A DNA stretch of 64,000 nucleotides, from assembly GCA_951406725.2 (NCBI GenBank), contig OX597814.1, forward strand, positions 189,596,001-189,660,000, given 5' to 3'. The notes under the pieces are model-generated. The model did not search any database and was not told where the DNA came from. It was given only the letters and a program-made list of their open reading frames with translations. A program made the position numbers and the translations under genes. Positions within the stretch are counted from its first letter, which is position 1; each line of letters starts with the position of its first letter. The stretch is from Octopus vulgaris (taxonomy: Eukaryota). This document shows positions 39,448 to 53,084 of the stretch, piece by piece.

Positions 39448-39894
39448 TCTAACAATTCTTAATATTAAAAGCTACAGAATTCAGAAATACCGATCACAAC
39501 TTTCCGGAGAAGTATAATTCCAAATGGCGTGACATCAAAGATTGGCAGTAAATGTTCCGCCAATCTAATACGACTAAAAAATTATATAAGAAACAACCAT
39601 TCATTACAAATGTCAAATTGATAATTCGGTTATCAACAATAATTGGGAAGTCAAATGAGATCTAGTAAATGTGATAAATATTGAAGGAGTGAAAATAACA
39701 GATGATTTCGATAGCGATAATCAAACAGAACTTGTTATACCGTTTACTGAATCCAAGGCAAAATTAGTAAATTGTAAAAGCAAGACAGGAAAGATTACAG
39801 TTCCTTTATTAAAGATTATCAATTCATTCTAACATACTGCGGCACACATACAACCGTCCTTAAGCATAAATTCAACCACATATAGATATAATGT

Positions 39895-39940
<46 letters not shown>

Positions 39941-39947
39941 CACAAAC

Positions 39948-40158
<211 letters not shown>

Positions 40159-40207
40159 TATATATACATATATATACATACATATATGTATACATACATA
40201 TATATAT

Positions 40208-40280
<73 letters not shown>

Positions 40281-40336
40281 GATATATATGTTTTGTACAC
40301 CACCTGTCTTTGTCTTTTGTTTTTTTCGAAAACTAT

Positions 40337-40373
<37 letters not shown>

Positions 40374-40438
40374 AATTTTTTGCGTAATGAGATAAAAAAA
40401 CAAGGCTGTGTAGATATTTGAACATTTATAGACATAAG

Positions 40439-40490
40439 GTCTTACAGCTGTTTCCAGGATATTTATTAATTATATCCTTTCATCGGACAC
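40439..40490 (-). ncRNA. Hammerhead ribozyme candidate (element 40371-40550)
   Basis: Minus strand CCGATGA-A-AGGATAT..ATATCCT-G-GAAA-CAGCTG-TA-AGAC: 7-bp stem II, palindromic stem III ACAGCTGT, GUA triplet; U4C core variant. Confidence 0.6.
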
Positions 40491-40548
40491 GGTGTAAGAG
40501 GATGGTTAATTTAGATAGGATACAAAATAGATAGTGAGGTGGAAGAAA

Positions 40549-40633
<85 letters not shown>

Positions 40634-40876
40634 TATTAAACATATTCATGAAAGCTGGTACGAAAATATTAATGATTTGTGGGGACACCCCTCATACACA
40701 CACGCACCCTTATGTTGGGGCGAAGTCATTTGACCCTATTATCTCCCCTATTTTCGCTCTTGCGTCTCATGTTTGATCTCTGACTTCTGGCCAGAATCAG
40801 TTCGCCATGTTGAATCGCTAGCTTCTGCACGCATTTTTTTCTCTCCTTGTTTCTCTCCGTGTTTCTTTTCTGTGTA

Positions 40877-40914
40877 TCTTTCTGTTGAAGAGCGTAAGCT
40901 CGAAACGTAAAAGA
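40877..40914 (+). ncRNA. Minimal hammerhead motif (element about 40790-41012)
   Basis: TCTTT-CTGTTGA-A-GAGC-GTAA-GCTC-GAAA-CG-TA-AAAGA: 5-bp stem I; A6 replaced by U. Confidence 0.55.
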
Positions 40915-41018
40915 CTTGTTTTATTTATATTCCTGAGCGCCATACTAATACAATTGTTTGTTTGTACTCCACCAGCCTTCGTCTTTTGTTTATTTTTATA
41001 AAGCTTCCCGTTATATAC

Positions 41019-41071
<53 letters not shown>

Positions 41072-42738
41072 TTTAAATTTAATTGTAATTAAATACGTGG
41101 TCTGAAAAACCTTGTAAGCGTTAATACTTTGTATTTTTTCTGTAAAAATGTTTGTATCTAGCTTTAAACGTAACAAGGTTATGTAATAATAGTTAATTAC
41201 AAGTATACTTTTATTAGTTCTTATTTAATAAATTTAATGTTTCTATTAGTTACTGGTAAGTTTACATTAAAGCGTGTAAGGGTAATATATATTAATGAGT
41301 ATATAGTGCTTTTATTATTTACTTTCGAATTATGAAGTAATGTATTTCACTCATAATTATTATATTTTTCATTAAATTAAATTCAATCGTGTTTTGTTTT
41401 GGAAAGAATTAAATATAAGACTTTTACTTTTTTATTATAGTAGTACCTATAGAAGACTTGAGATTATTATTTGTATGAACTTAAAGATTGGTCACTATTT
41501 AGTATATAATTTAGTTATTTATTTATTTAGTTTATTTATTTAGTTTATTATTAATGCTAATACAGATGTACTTAGATTTATGTCTTTCTTTGTTGTAGTT
41601 TAATTTTAAAATTTAGTGTTTGATCCTGCCTATATTATACTATGAAGGCTGTAGGGAATAAAATGTATGACTTAGGGGTTAATCGCTGTTTAATTACATA
41701 TTTAGGAGTTGGTTACAGATTTAATTATTGAATTTATTTACCGATACTGTTGCACATAGAGTAAATGTGTTTGAAAGTTGTGGTTTCTTTGGTATGTTTT
41801 GTTCCTAAACAACACTTATTTTAGTGCTGTTGAATGGTACCGCCCAGGTGTCTTTATGCGGTATAAAGCTACTCTTGAAGGGGCTAGTGATTCTTAAAAT
41901 GCACAGGAATTGGTTGGTAAGCATGCGTGTGCTTACAAACCTTGCATATGTGCATATATGTATGTATATATGTATGTATCTATCTATCTATCTCTCTTTC
42001 TCTCTCTCTCTCTCTCTCTTTATATATATATATATATATATATAGATAGATAGATAGATAGATAGATACATACATACATACATACATACATACATACATA
42101 CATACATACATACATACATACACCCCCCCCTCGTCGTCGTAACCGACGGAGTGCCAGTATATTTAATGAATAGAAGAATAGTTGAATGAGTCAACTGTAG
42201 TTTAAGATCGTCCTACATTTTATTGCTCCCTTTGGGAAAAAGACAATGTATGCAAACTTCAGCCAAACTAAACACTTTTCGGTATTGTAGTCCGCTGCAC
42301 TGTACTGATTTCGTCTACATCTCCCCTCTCTCCACGCGCGCAACCTAATATTGGTTACATGAAAAGGACAATTGCATATCAGGAACAGCTGAGAGCTGTG
42401 TGGTTTTTAGTTTCATCAGTTTCATCACTTCTGCAATTAAATCCCATAGGTGTCGAATTTGTTGGGGTTTTTTCTCTCTGCTAGGGATTTCAATAAAATG
42501 AGTACTAAATACGTACTAGGATCGATTTGAGTTGGTCTTTCTCATGAATTATACGGGATATTCTTACTAATGATATAATGCTATTTTATATTTCACATGT
42601 TTCTGATACGACTGTGTGGATTGGAAACATTCATGGAATTTTAAATACTTGCTTTTAATTAGGATGTTTATTTAAAAATACATGAGGTAGGGATGACATT
42701 TTTGTCTTTGTCTAGGAAGTCAGAAAATGTTGATGAAA

Positions 42739-43872
42739 AAGGCGGCGAGCTGGCAGAAACGTTAGCACGCCGAGCGAAATGCTAAGCGGTATTTCGTCTG
42801 CCGCTACGTTCTGAGTTCGAATTCCACCGAGGTCGACTTTGCCTTTCATCCTTTCGGGGTCGATTAAATAAGTACCAGTTACGCACTGGGATCGATGTAA
42901 TCGACTTAATCCGTTTGCCTGTCCTTGTTTGTCCCCTCTGTGTTTATCCCCTTGTGGGTAGTAAAGGAATAGGTATTTCGTCTGCCACTACGTTCTGAGT
43001 TCAAATTCCACCGAGGTCGACTTTGCCTTTCATCCTTCCTTTCGGGGTCGATTAAATAAGTACCAGTTACGCACTGGGGTCGATGTAATCGACTTAATAC
43101 TAATGTCTGTCCTTGTTTGTTCCCTCTGTGTTTAGCCCCTTGTGTGTAGTAAAGGAATAGGTATTTCGTCTGCCGCTACGTTCTGAGTTCAAATTTCGCC
43201 GAGGTCGACTTTGCCTTTCATCCTTTCGGGGTCGATTAAATAAGTACCAGTTACGCACTGGGGTCGATGTAATCGACTTAATCCGTTTGTCTGTCCTTGT
43301 TTGTCCCCTCTGTGTTTAGCCCCTTGTGGGTAGTAAAGGAATAGGTATTTCGTCTGCCACTACGTTCTGAGTTCAAATTCCACCGAGGTCGACTTTGCCT
43401 TTCATCCTTCCTTTCGGGGTCGATTAAATAAGTACCAGTTACGCACTGGGGTCGATGTAATCGACTTAATACTAATGTCTGTCCTTGTTTGTTCCCTCTG
43501 TGTTTAGCCCCTTGTGTGTAGTAAAGGAATAGGTATTTCGTCTGCCGCTACGTTCTGAGTTCAAATTTCGCCGAGGTCGACTTTGCCTTTCATCCTTTCG
43601 GGGTCGATTAAATAAGTACCAGTTACGCACTGGGGTCGATGTAATCGACTTAATCCGTTTGTCTGTCCTTGTTTGTCCCCTCTGTGTTTAGCCCCTTGTG
43701 GGTAGTAAAGGAATATGTATTTCGTCTGCCGCTACGTTCTGAGTTCAAATTTCGCCGAGGTCGATTAAATAAGTACCAGTTCTGTACTGAAGTCGATGTA
43801 ATCGACTTTATCCGTTTGTCTGTCCTTGTTTGTCCCCTTTGTGTGTAGCCCCTTGTGGGTAATAAAGAAATA
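42739..43872 (+). mobile_element. Six-unit tandem array of SINE B1 inside a single 17-bp TSD
   Basis: GTATTTCGTCTGCC at 42789, 42973, 43161, 43345, 43533, 43717; TSD AGAAAATGTTGATGAAA at 42722-42738 and 43873-43889. Confidence 0.92.
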
Positions 43873-44084
43873 AGAAAATGTTGATGAAATTGCTATAATT
43901 TGTGATAAATAATGCTATGTCATAATAACAAGAGAAACAGTTCCAGAAACCCCATGAAACAGCGATTACAACCGCTTCAACTGCTATTATTACTCCTTTA
44001 GACTCCTTTATACACTTATCGCTGAAGCTACGTGATTTCATCTTGTAGTAGCTTGGAGTTTCATTGAAATTACCTTTTACATTG

Positions 44085-44353
44085 AAGACGCGTATTTCAA
44101 TGGTTAGGGAAATCGGCTCACGTTCGTGAGGTCGCGAGTTCGATTTCCGGCGGCGCGTATTGTCCTTGAACAAGACACTTTATTTTCACGTTGCTCTAGT
44201 CCACTCGGCTGACAAAAACGAGTTGTACTTGCATTTCAAAGGGTCAGACTTATCATATTCTGTGTCACACTGAACCTCCCTGAGGTACCTTTAGGGTATG
44301 CGTGTGTATGGAACGCTCAGCTACTTGCACATTAATTTCACGAGCCGGCTGTT
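44085..44353 (+). mobile_element. Chimeric SINE: C/E-type head plus D tail, diverged
   Basis: GAGTTCGATTTCC..CTTGAACAAGACACTTTATTTTCACGTTGCTC, then CATTTCAAAGGG..CTTGCACATTAATTTCACGAGC. Confidence 0.75.
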
Positions 44354-45381
44354 CTTTTATATTTTGTTACTCCCACTACTTTACATTACTAAAAAAAGTC
44401 ACAATCACCGGGATGGAGCGCGGAATGCAACCTCAACAATCCAATGTAAGCTTTATAAGTCATGGACTTTTGTCTTTATGTAGCATAAAGCTACTCTCGA
44501 AGGGCCTAGCGACTCTTAAAATGCACATGTAATCTCCATTTCTTCCCACCTAAAAATAATAAAAATAAAAATTATACTCTTTCAACCGTCATGAAATCGT
44601 ACGACACAAGCTCACCACTCGCAAGCAGTTGACCACGGAGACTGTTGTTAAATATGATATCTCAATTTAACTATTAATCTACAAATGTGCCGTACCCAAA
44701 CTATAGAGGGGCCAATTTATTCACGATTAATTTATAACAGGCGTCTTTTTCAGCTATTGACAAAAACAAAATTTTTGTGTTGACTTCAGCCATTAATCAG
44801 GCTTTTTGTAAGAAGTATCGAGGAAAGGCTAACGGGCTTCTCACAACACTCGTCATTTAGAAACTAGTGCAGTAGCTGCCTTTGAAATCACTAAAGAAGG
44901 ATTTTTGAATTCTGTAATTAATCCAACTTCTGAAATGGAATCCTCTAGCGCTGGTGCGTTTCGCTGTAATTGAAGAATTTGCAGCTGAAATTTTGCGCGA
45001 CATGATCGCACCCTATGGGCAGCCATTTTTATATTACTTGTTTTGAGTATAAGAGAAAGAGATATTTTCAAATGTCTGTGGATACTCAAGAGAATCAGTG
45101 GCTATTCTATGCTCTCTATACCAATGACCTTATAAGTCTAACTGAAAGTATGAGTATTCTTGAATATTCTCCTACTTCTCCACTCTGATCATTGATGAAG
45201 CAGTTACACAAAAACCCGATAAATCACTACCAACTCATGAACTGCTTACAGATTTGTGCACCGTCGTTCTATGTACAGTAAAAGATACATTGAAAGATAT
45301 AGTTAACATTGGTTCCTATTCTACAGATGAACAGAAAATGTATGTAGTTTTATAGTTTAGTGCAAGTTGTTACATAATATC

Positions 45382-45864
45382 TATTTCTTTACTACCCACA
45401 AGGGGCTAAACACAGAGGGGACAAACAAGGACAGACAAACGGATTAAGTCGATTACATCGACCCCAGTGCGTAACTGGTACTTTATTTATCGACCCCGAA
45501 AGGATGAAAGGCAAAGTCAACCTCGGCGGAATTTGAACTCAGAACGTAACGGCAGACGAAATACGGCTACGCATTTCGCCCGGCGTGCTAACGTTTCTGC
45601 CAGCTCGCCGCCTTATCTAATAAATGCACCCTTTTAAAGCCTAGCCAGGCTCATGGGCCCGGTTTCCCGGTTTCTATGGCGTATGTGTTCCCCAACCGGA
45701 CGGGACGCCAGTCCATCGCAGCGTTACTAATTTTTGCCAGATGAGTGGACTGGAGCAACGTGAAATAAAGTGTTTTGCTCAACGCGTCGCCCGGTCCAGG
45801 AATCGAAATCACAATCTTACGATCATGATGCTGACGCCCTAACCACTAAGCCACGCGCCTCCAC
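45382..45864 (-). mobile_element. Composite SINE E (45617-45864) plus SINE B1 (45382-45614) within one TSD
   Basis: TSD GTTACATAATATC at 45369-45381 and 45868-45880. Confidence 0.88.
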
Positions 45865-46770
45865 GTAGTTACATAATATCATCATCCACTAGGTGCACTC
45901 CCTGTGTCCGGTCCCTTTCGTTTTCAGCAGCATGCATACAAGCAGCCAGACTCCAGCTTCCACTCAATTCTTTGATGTCATTAGTCCACAAACGTCTTTG
46001 CTCTCATTGCTTCGTGATCTCTTCCCCCAGGGTAACAAATGCTGCAACACTAGAAAAGCTGAAAGTCCAAATACACCAATTATCGAGAACCAAATCCATA
46101 AAGTTATCACAATTTACAAAATGCCCCATGAGTCACTGCCCAAAAGTATTCTGGGAGGAAATGTAATAAATAATAAATGTTTCTGGTTTATGCAATAAAT
46201 CAATCATTCTGAGGTGAGGGATTTCTTCGATACCGCCAACATTAGTATTTGACTGGCATTTTATTTTATCAGCTCTGATGAAGACGAAGGGTAAAAGGCA
46301 AAAGTGATTTCGGCATAATTTTAACTTAGAAAGTAAATATACGTAACTAAATACTGCAAGACATATTGTCCGACGATCTAACGATTCTGCTAATCCATCG
46401 TCATCATCATCATATTATATGGAAATATTTATTTAATTTCCTCGAGATTCTACAGTTGCTACTTTGGTGCCGCTACAGTAAATAAATAATTTTCTAAACA
46501 ACTATCTTTATATTTCTGCCAGATGTCTGTGTAGCATTAAATAAATGAAAGACTGGTTTGAATTCACTTTCATCTTTCGTTATTCACACTTCAGAAGTGA
46601 AATGCTTTCATCCAGGAGTGCACTGCTTGATCATCAATATCTAATGCACGTCAACAGTATTCAACATATACGTCAGCATTTTCAACATAAACGTCAGCAT
46701 TTTCAACGTATACATCAACAGTATTCACTCTATGTTAGCAGCGTTCAATGAATATTAGTAGCCATATTAT

Positions 46771-47375
46771 TAAGGCGATGGGCTGGCAGAATCATTAGCA
46801 CGCCGGGCAAAATACCTAGCAGCATTTCGTCCGTAGCTACGTTCTGAGTTCAAATTCCGCGTATTTACCTTTCATCCTTACGGAATCGATAAAATTAAGT
46901 ACCACTGAAACACTGGGGTCGATGTAGTCGACTAGTCCCCTCCAAATTTCAAGTCTTGTACCTTTAGTAGAAAGGATTATTATTATTTTGGTTTGGCTCA
47001 GCTTCGGTCTTATTCCTGGTAGGAATTATGTGAATAGCTGGCTACTATCAAATGCCGCTAAGGTCGACTTGCCTGCCATTCTTCCGCGGCCGATAAAATA
47101 AGTATCGGGGGTCTATATAATGGACTTATTCCCTCCCACGAAATAGCTGGCTTTGTGCTAAAAGGCAGCGGGCTGGCAGAATTGTTAGCACGTTGGTCGA
47201 AATGCTTAGCAGTATTTCACAGGCCGCTACTTTGTGAATTCAAATTCCACGAGGATCGACTTTGCCTTTCATCCTTCCGGGGTCGATAAATTAAGTCCTA
47301 GTGAAACACTGGGATCGATGTAATAAACGAGTCTCCTCCTCACAAATTTCGGGCCTTGTGCCGATAGTAGAAAAG

Positions 47376-47380
<5 letters not shown>
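46771..47380 (+). mobile_element. Cluster of SINE B2 copies ending in (ATT)n; further fragments at 46200-46400 (-), 47645-47810 and 51184-51265
   Basis: AAGGC..GGGCTGGCAGAAT heads at 46772 and 47162; AGTAGAAA(A/G)GATTATTATT tails. Confidence 0.8.
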
Positions 47381-47419
<39 letters not shown>

Positions 47420-47537
47420 CATCATCATTAGTTTTATTTTTATAGCGTGCTTTCACTTCACTACCGAGCGCAGCTCTGTGTGCCTTGGCTATGTGCTGTG
47501 ATTTGTTGTGATGCTCTGATTATTATTATTATTATTA

Positions 47538-47590
<53 letters not shown>

Positions 47591-48263
47591 TGAATGTAGT
47601 ATGGCTATGACATTGAACATTGGGCCTTGGAATGATGCTGCTATCACCCTTCACGTTCTGAGTTCAAAATCTGCAGAGATAGTGTTTGACTTTTATATTT
47701 CTGAGTATGAAAAGATAAGAATTGCCAGTCAAGTAATCAAGATAGATTTAATCGACCGTTTTCTACGCCCCCACTCTGAAATATTTGACCTAGTGCCAAC
47801 GTCAGAAATCGATATTGTAAGGTATTGTATAGTCTATGTTTTAAAGTGTATGAATGTTTGTGTGTGTAAATAATGTATGCACACATGTGTATTTGTATAT
47901 TTGTATACGATTCAAGTAAAATGAAGATTTGTAAGGTGATGGTTCTCCATCTTGGCAATGGTCAGCAGGTTTGCCTGATCAATTCTATGAGGAAAAAAAT
48001 GTAACAAAATTTTCAAAAATTATTAGGTTATGTTAGAAAGTAACCCGGAATGAAAATTTTTATATATGAATCAAAAATACCAGTTTGCAACAAACAATAC
48101 TGGTTCATAATTCATCCAAGGTTCGGACCTCGAACCATATCCCATCTTCTTGTGAAAATGCATTTCGTGTTAATAACATTAAAAACACAGATTTCTTGCC
48201 TCGACTGGTCCTTCTATATGCAACATTAACCCGAACGAAATCAAAGAAGAAAAAGGATTCCAT

Positions 48264-48672
48264 AGCAGGAGTGGCTGTGTGGTAAGTAGCTTGCTTACCA
48301 ACCACATGGTTCCGGGTTCAGTCCCACTGCGTGGCACCTTGGGCAAGTGTCTTCTACTATAGCCTCGGGCCGACCAAGGTCTTGTGAGTGGATTTGGTAG
48401 ACGGAAACTGAAAGAAGCCCGTCGTATATATATATTTATGTGTGTGTATATGTTTGTGTGTCTGTGTTTGTCCCCCCCCACCATCGCTTGACAACCGATG
48501 CTAGTGTGTTTACGTCCCCGTAATTTTGGGGTTCGGCAAAAGAAACAGATAGAATATGTACTAGGCTTACAAAGATTAAGTCCTGGAGTCAATTTGCTCA
48601 ACTAAAGGCGGTGCTCCAGCATGGCCACAGTCAAATGACTGAAACAAGTAAAAGAGAAAAGAGAAAAAAGAG
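48264..48672 (+). mobile_element. SINE family A, full length
   Basis: Near-consensus copy. Confidence 0.9.
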
Positions 48673-48832
48673 AACTTTCAAGCGATACCTAAAGAAATTC
48701 ATCCAAGAAATACTAGGGAAACCACCCACATTCCGGATGCATCTCGACAAAAAATATAGCTCCCTACTCGAGTTGGGTACGATGCCCTAAATCATAGCCT
48801 AAAATCTTACACCAAGTAGTAGTTGTTACACC

Positions 48833-48883
<51 letters not shown>

Positions 48884-48912
48884 CAGCAGTGGTGGTGGTG
48901 GTGGTGGTGGTG

Positions 48913-48964
<52 letters not shown>

Positions 48965-49035
48965 AGTAGTAGTAGTAGTAATTAAGTTACACATTACCTG
49001 GCCTGATAATGACCTGAGATGATCTAAATTATATA

Positions 49036-49546
49036 CCGTAAATCATCGAGTATAATCCGCACTTTTTTCCAAAAATTTAAAGGTCAAACTCCCTAGTGCG
49101 TACTATATACGAGGTTAAAAATGAAAAATATTTCTAAGCAATTTCCGAGTTTCTATTTGCTGTCTGGCAATGTTTATTCAGACGCATTTTGTGATGTCGG
49201 GGGCGAAAATACCATAAGCTAAGCCTGAAATCAATGAAGTCATAAAAGAATCATCCATAACTTGCAATAAGCAACATTTATTAAACGTTATTACTGTTAT
49301 TTCTTTATTTTCTGCAAACAAAACGCACAAAAATGCTATACCTTTGCATTATGTTATATATACAATAATAATAAAAGACGTTACCGTATACATTTTTACA
49401 AACCAAGGACGTTATATAGACCTCCTTGACTCAAGTTAGAGAAGGGGTGCGTATTATAGACAAGGTTTAGGTTTTTCAGAGGTACCACCCCCTAAATATT
49501 CCCTGCCTATTATACAGAAGGGCGGACTATACTCGAGGATTTACGG
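49036..49546. mobile_element. Non-autonomous Tc1/mariner-superfamily (pogo/Tc2-like) MITE, 511 bp
   Basis: TIRs CCGTAAATCATCGAGTATAATCCGC / GCGGACTATACTCGAGGATTTACGG, TA on both sides, no ORF. Confidence 0.85.
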
Positions 49547-49930
49547 TACATTGGCTTGCCTGTTGGTGTCTTCTAATTTACTAAGCTGATAAAATACTAT
49601 AGCATTCAATCGCAGCCGAGTATGATTTTATAGCCTAAGCCATGTTTTCGTTAATTGTTAAGCGTCCATGCAGGCGGGAGCCAATACAGACACCTTCACT
49701 GCCTTCCACACTCTTGACCTATCTATCGTTAAACAAATGGCAAGCGGTCTCTTCATCAACCATAAAAGGAGAAAAGGAACAGTAGAATTTCGGTTGGATT
49801 TCAACTCCGACCGCAGGAACAAATATTGCAACGTACCCTATCCTCTGAATTACTGACTCTCGCACAAAAAGGTTACATAACTCTTAAAACTAAAATTCTG
49901 AAGTGATAATCCTAATTTACACACACACAC

Positions 49931-49991
<61 letters not shown>

Positions 49992-50468
49992 TATATATAT
50001 ATATTTCCCTTGTCAGCGTATGTATATACATTTGCACTCTTCCTGCAGCACAAGGCATATTTTGCCACTATTACTAGCAATGTAGGTGTCTCAACACCCT
50101 AATCATATTTCCTTTATGGTATTATTTTGCACCTAGCTGTTCATATTAATTTTTTGTATACGCATTAGCATTCCACTAAATCATCCATAAATATTTATGG
50201 TAATTACATATATGCCGACTGGCAGATTTAGCCGACAACAGCCGTTCGGGCGGCTCTCACTGGCGAAACGTACGGAAACGTGCAAAACTAGATGTCAAGT
50301 TTGAAAGATTCCCCATTCGGTCATGGGGTGGTTTCTTCTCCTGTTAGCGTATATGTATATATATATATAGTTGATCCAAACATGAAAACACAAAGAGAAA
50401 ACACGACGCGAGGACGTGGAACAAGTATAGTGTTATTGGACGTTCAGGAAAGAAAAGAAAGAAGGCGG

Positions 50469-50503
50469 ATTTAATGTTTCGAGCGGGGCTCTTCGTCAGA
50501 AAC
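50469..50503 (-). ncRNA. Minimal hammerhead motif (element 50370-50580)
   Basis: Minus strand GTTT-CTGACGA-A-GAGC-CCC-GCTC-GAAA-CA-TT-AAAT. Confidence 0.55.
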
Positions 50504-50613
50504 ATAAACAAAGGAAAGGTCCAACAAAGGGAAGACGGAGAAAGAAAATCGCCAACGATACACACACGGTCACATATTGAATGACCGGAAGGGAATGTAT
50601 ATATATATATGAT

Positions 50614-50890
50614 AGGAAAATATAAGGATAAACACAAGTTTATATTAAAGGTACTACGCGTGTTTCACCATTATAGTTGTTTGGGGTCATGTAATAGAAG
50701 TTCCAAAAGCATATATTTACTCAACTCAACGGAAAACTTTATCATATCTATAACTTGATATATTAAAGTGTTCTGTTTCGTAGACCATCTATATGCATTT
50801 GGAACTTCTGTTACAGGACTCAAAACAAACGTAATGCTAAAACGTGCGTAGGAATTTTAATATAAACTTGTGTTTATCCTTATTTTTCCT
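50614..50890. repeat. About 100-bp imperfect inverted repeat adjoining (TA)n
   Basis: AGGAAAATATAAGGATAAACACAAGTTTATATTAAA..AGAAGTTCCAAA vs TTTGGAACTTCT..TTTAATATAAACTTGTGTTTATCCTTATTTTTCCT. Confidence 0.8.
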
Positions 50891-51354
50891 ACATTTACTA
50901 GGTAGCCTATAATTGGTGACGCTATTCAGTATAGTAGTTGATTAGCAACTAAAGCAGACTAGATTATGAAAACCTAAGCAGAGCTCGAAACATAGCAGTA
51001 ACAGTCGTATGCCTACTTGTACACATAATTTCTACTATATGCATATATTATTCTTACACAAGAATGTTGCTAACAGTGACTTCGAAGTTTCGGATTGCAG
51101 TCCGATGATGGCTTAGACATCTACAAAAGTGCAGAGGAACCCATCAAAGTAATATAAAATTGTTTTTATTATAACTGAAGATAAAGCGGCGAGCTGGCAG
51201 GATTGGTAGCACGCCGGGGGAAATGGTTAACGGCATTTCGTCCGTCTTTATGTTCTGAGCTCAAATAAAAATTTTCTTCTTTCTCTCCTTCTTCTTCCTT
51301 CCCTTCTCTTTTTCTTTAACACTCTTTTCAGATACAAACTCACATACACACACA

Positions 51355-51395
<41 letters not shown>

Positions 51396-51885
51396 ACTTT
51401 CTCCCCATTCCTCACCCTCTTGTACTATCTTATATCTCACCCCACTCCTACACACTCAATAATACTATAAAAAGAGACAAAATTCCAGCAAAAGTTCTAT
51501 TTGACAACTCCACTAGAGAGGACGAGAGCGTTAATATATGATATATGAGTTATAAAAACATGTAACATACTAATAAATATCTAAATATTATAATCATCCA
51601 GATTTCTGAGTACCTCAGTTCTTCTAATATATAATACCTGTACATCATCTCCAAACCTTCTAATATATATATATATACTACTAATATAGGATAAAAAAAT
51701 CTTCAGAAAAAAATTTCATCAAAAGTGGCAGCATATTAAAATACCTTTAAATGTTAAAATTTTATAAACAACTTATAAACAAGAGCAAAAAAACATTTCT
51801 ATGCCAATATGCTGATAACAGTATATTGGTTTAAAGTCTGTTATCAGCATATTGGCATAGAAATAATTTTTCTTTTACCCTTGTT

Positions 51886-51922
<37 letters not shown>

Positions 51923-51960
51923 TTGTGTGTGTATGTATGTATGGATGTATGTATGCACAT

Positions 51961-52005
<45 letters not shown>

Positions 52006-52083
52006 TATGTGCATACATACATCTATACATACATACACACACATATATATATATACATACATATATATATATACATACATATG

Positions 52084-52176
<93 letters not shown>

Positions 52177-52469
52177 GCATAGACACACATATACATCTAT
52201 CATACTGCAATAATCCACGACTTATATCCAAATCTGGAGACAACAACTCTTAGGCTCAGAACGTTTGTTCAAATCTTGTAAGTAACAATATGAAAAAGAA
52301 AGGAAACGGTAAAATTTGACAACTGAGTCACGTTACTATGTCAGCGATCGCTGACATATTTAGGCTACAAATAGCAAACAGCAGTACGTTAAAAACGCTA
52401 CTAAATTTACTTTTTGAATATTTTAATTTAAAGAAAAGATTTTACGAATATCATTGAATTTGTTGTGAT

Positions 52470-52927
52470 CCCCTTCAGTCATGAATGACCATGGGATTGC
52501 ACCTAGAAAATTACCCTCCGAGGCACAAATCTGGGTAAGGTTGTTTATGGAAGAGCAGCAGTCGCCTATGCATATCAGCCTCCCCTCCCCACGAAGGAAA
52601 GGCAACGGCCGATGCAGCTTGGCACCACTAACGTCGCAGGTCATTTATTAACGTGCAAGTGGCTGAACACTCCACAGACACGTGTACTCTCGGGGATATT
52701 CAGCGTGACACAGACTGTGACAAGGCTGGCCCTTTGAAATACAGGTACAACAGAAACAGGAAGATAGAGTGAGAGAATGTTGTGGTGAAAGAGTACAGCA
52801 GGGTCACCACCACCTGCTGGAGCCTCGTGGAGCTTTAGGTGTTTTCGCTCAATAAGCATCGAAACCGCAATCCTACGACCGCGAGTCCGCTGCCCTAACA
52901 ACTGGCAACTGGGCCATTGCACCTCCA
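52470..52927 (-). mobile_element. Chimeric SINE: family D (52645-52927) joined to a family-C tail (52470-52640)
   Basis: D sequence to CACTTGCACGTTAAT, then GCGACGTTAGTGGTGCCAAGCTG..CATGACTGAAGGGG. Confidence 0.8.
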
Positions 52928-53084
52928 TGTCATTGAATTAATAATTAAGTAAATAAGTACCAACTTAATAAGCTCTCCCGCAATCCAGCTGTTACTGAGT
53001 AGCACTACCATAAATAGCAACCAAACCTTCACAATATATCGTCATCAAAACTGGCCCTTTTTCAGTTACATCGATTAGTGTTCT

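Noticed and set aside
42789-43872. Regularly spaced repeats as a possible CRISPR-like array
   Set aside because: Whole units of about 185 bp repeat with no unique spacers; SINE-derived; eukaryotic context with no cas genes.
44560-45350. Unique-looking stretch with a 78-aa minus ORF (44853-45089) and a plus open frame of about 55 codons ending at GTATGT (about 45339)
   Set aside because: No recognisable domain, no convincing splice acceptor and no partner exons; cannot be supported without RNA-seq or homology search.
48835-48980. Poly-Leu/poly-Pro ORF
   Set aside because: Compound (AGT)n/(GGT)n trinucleotide microsatellite.
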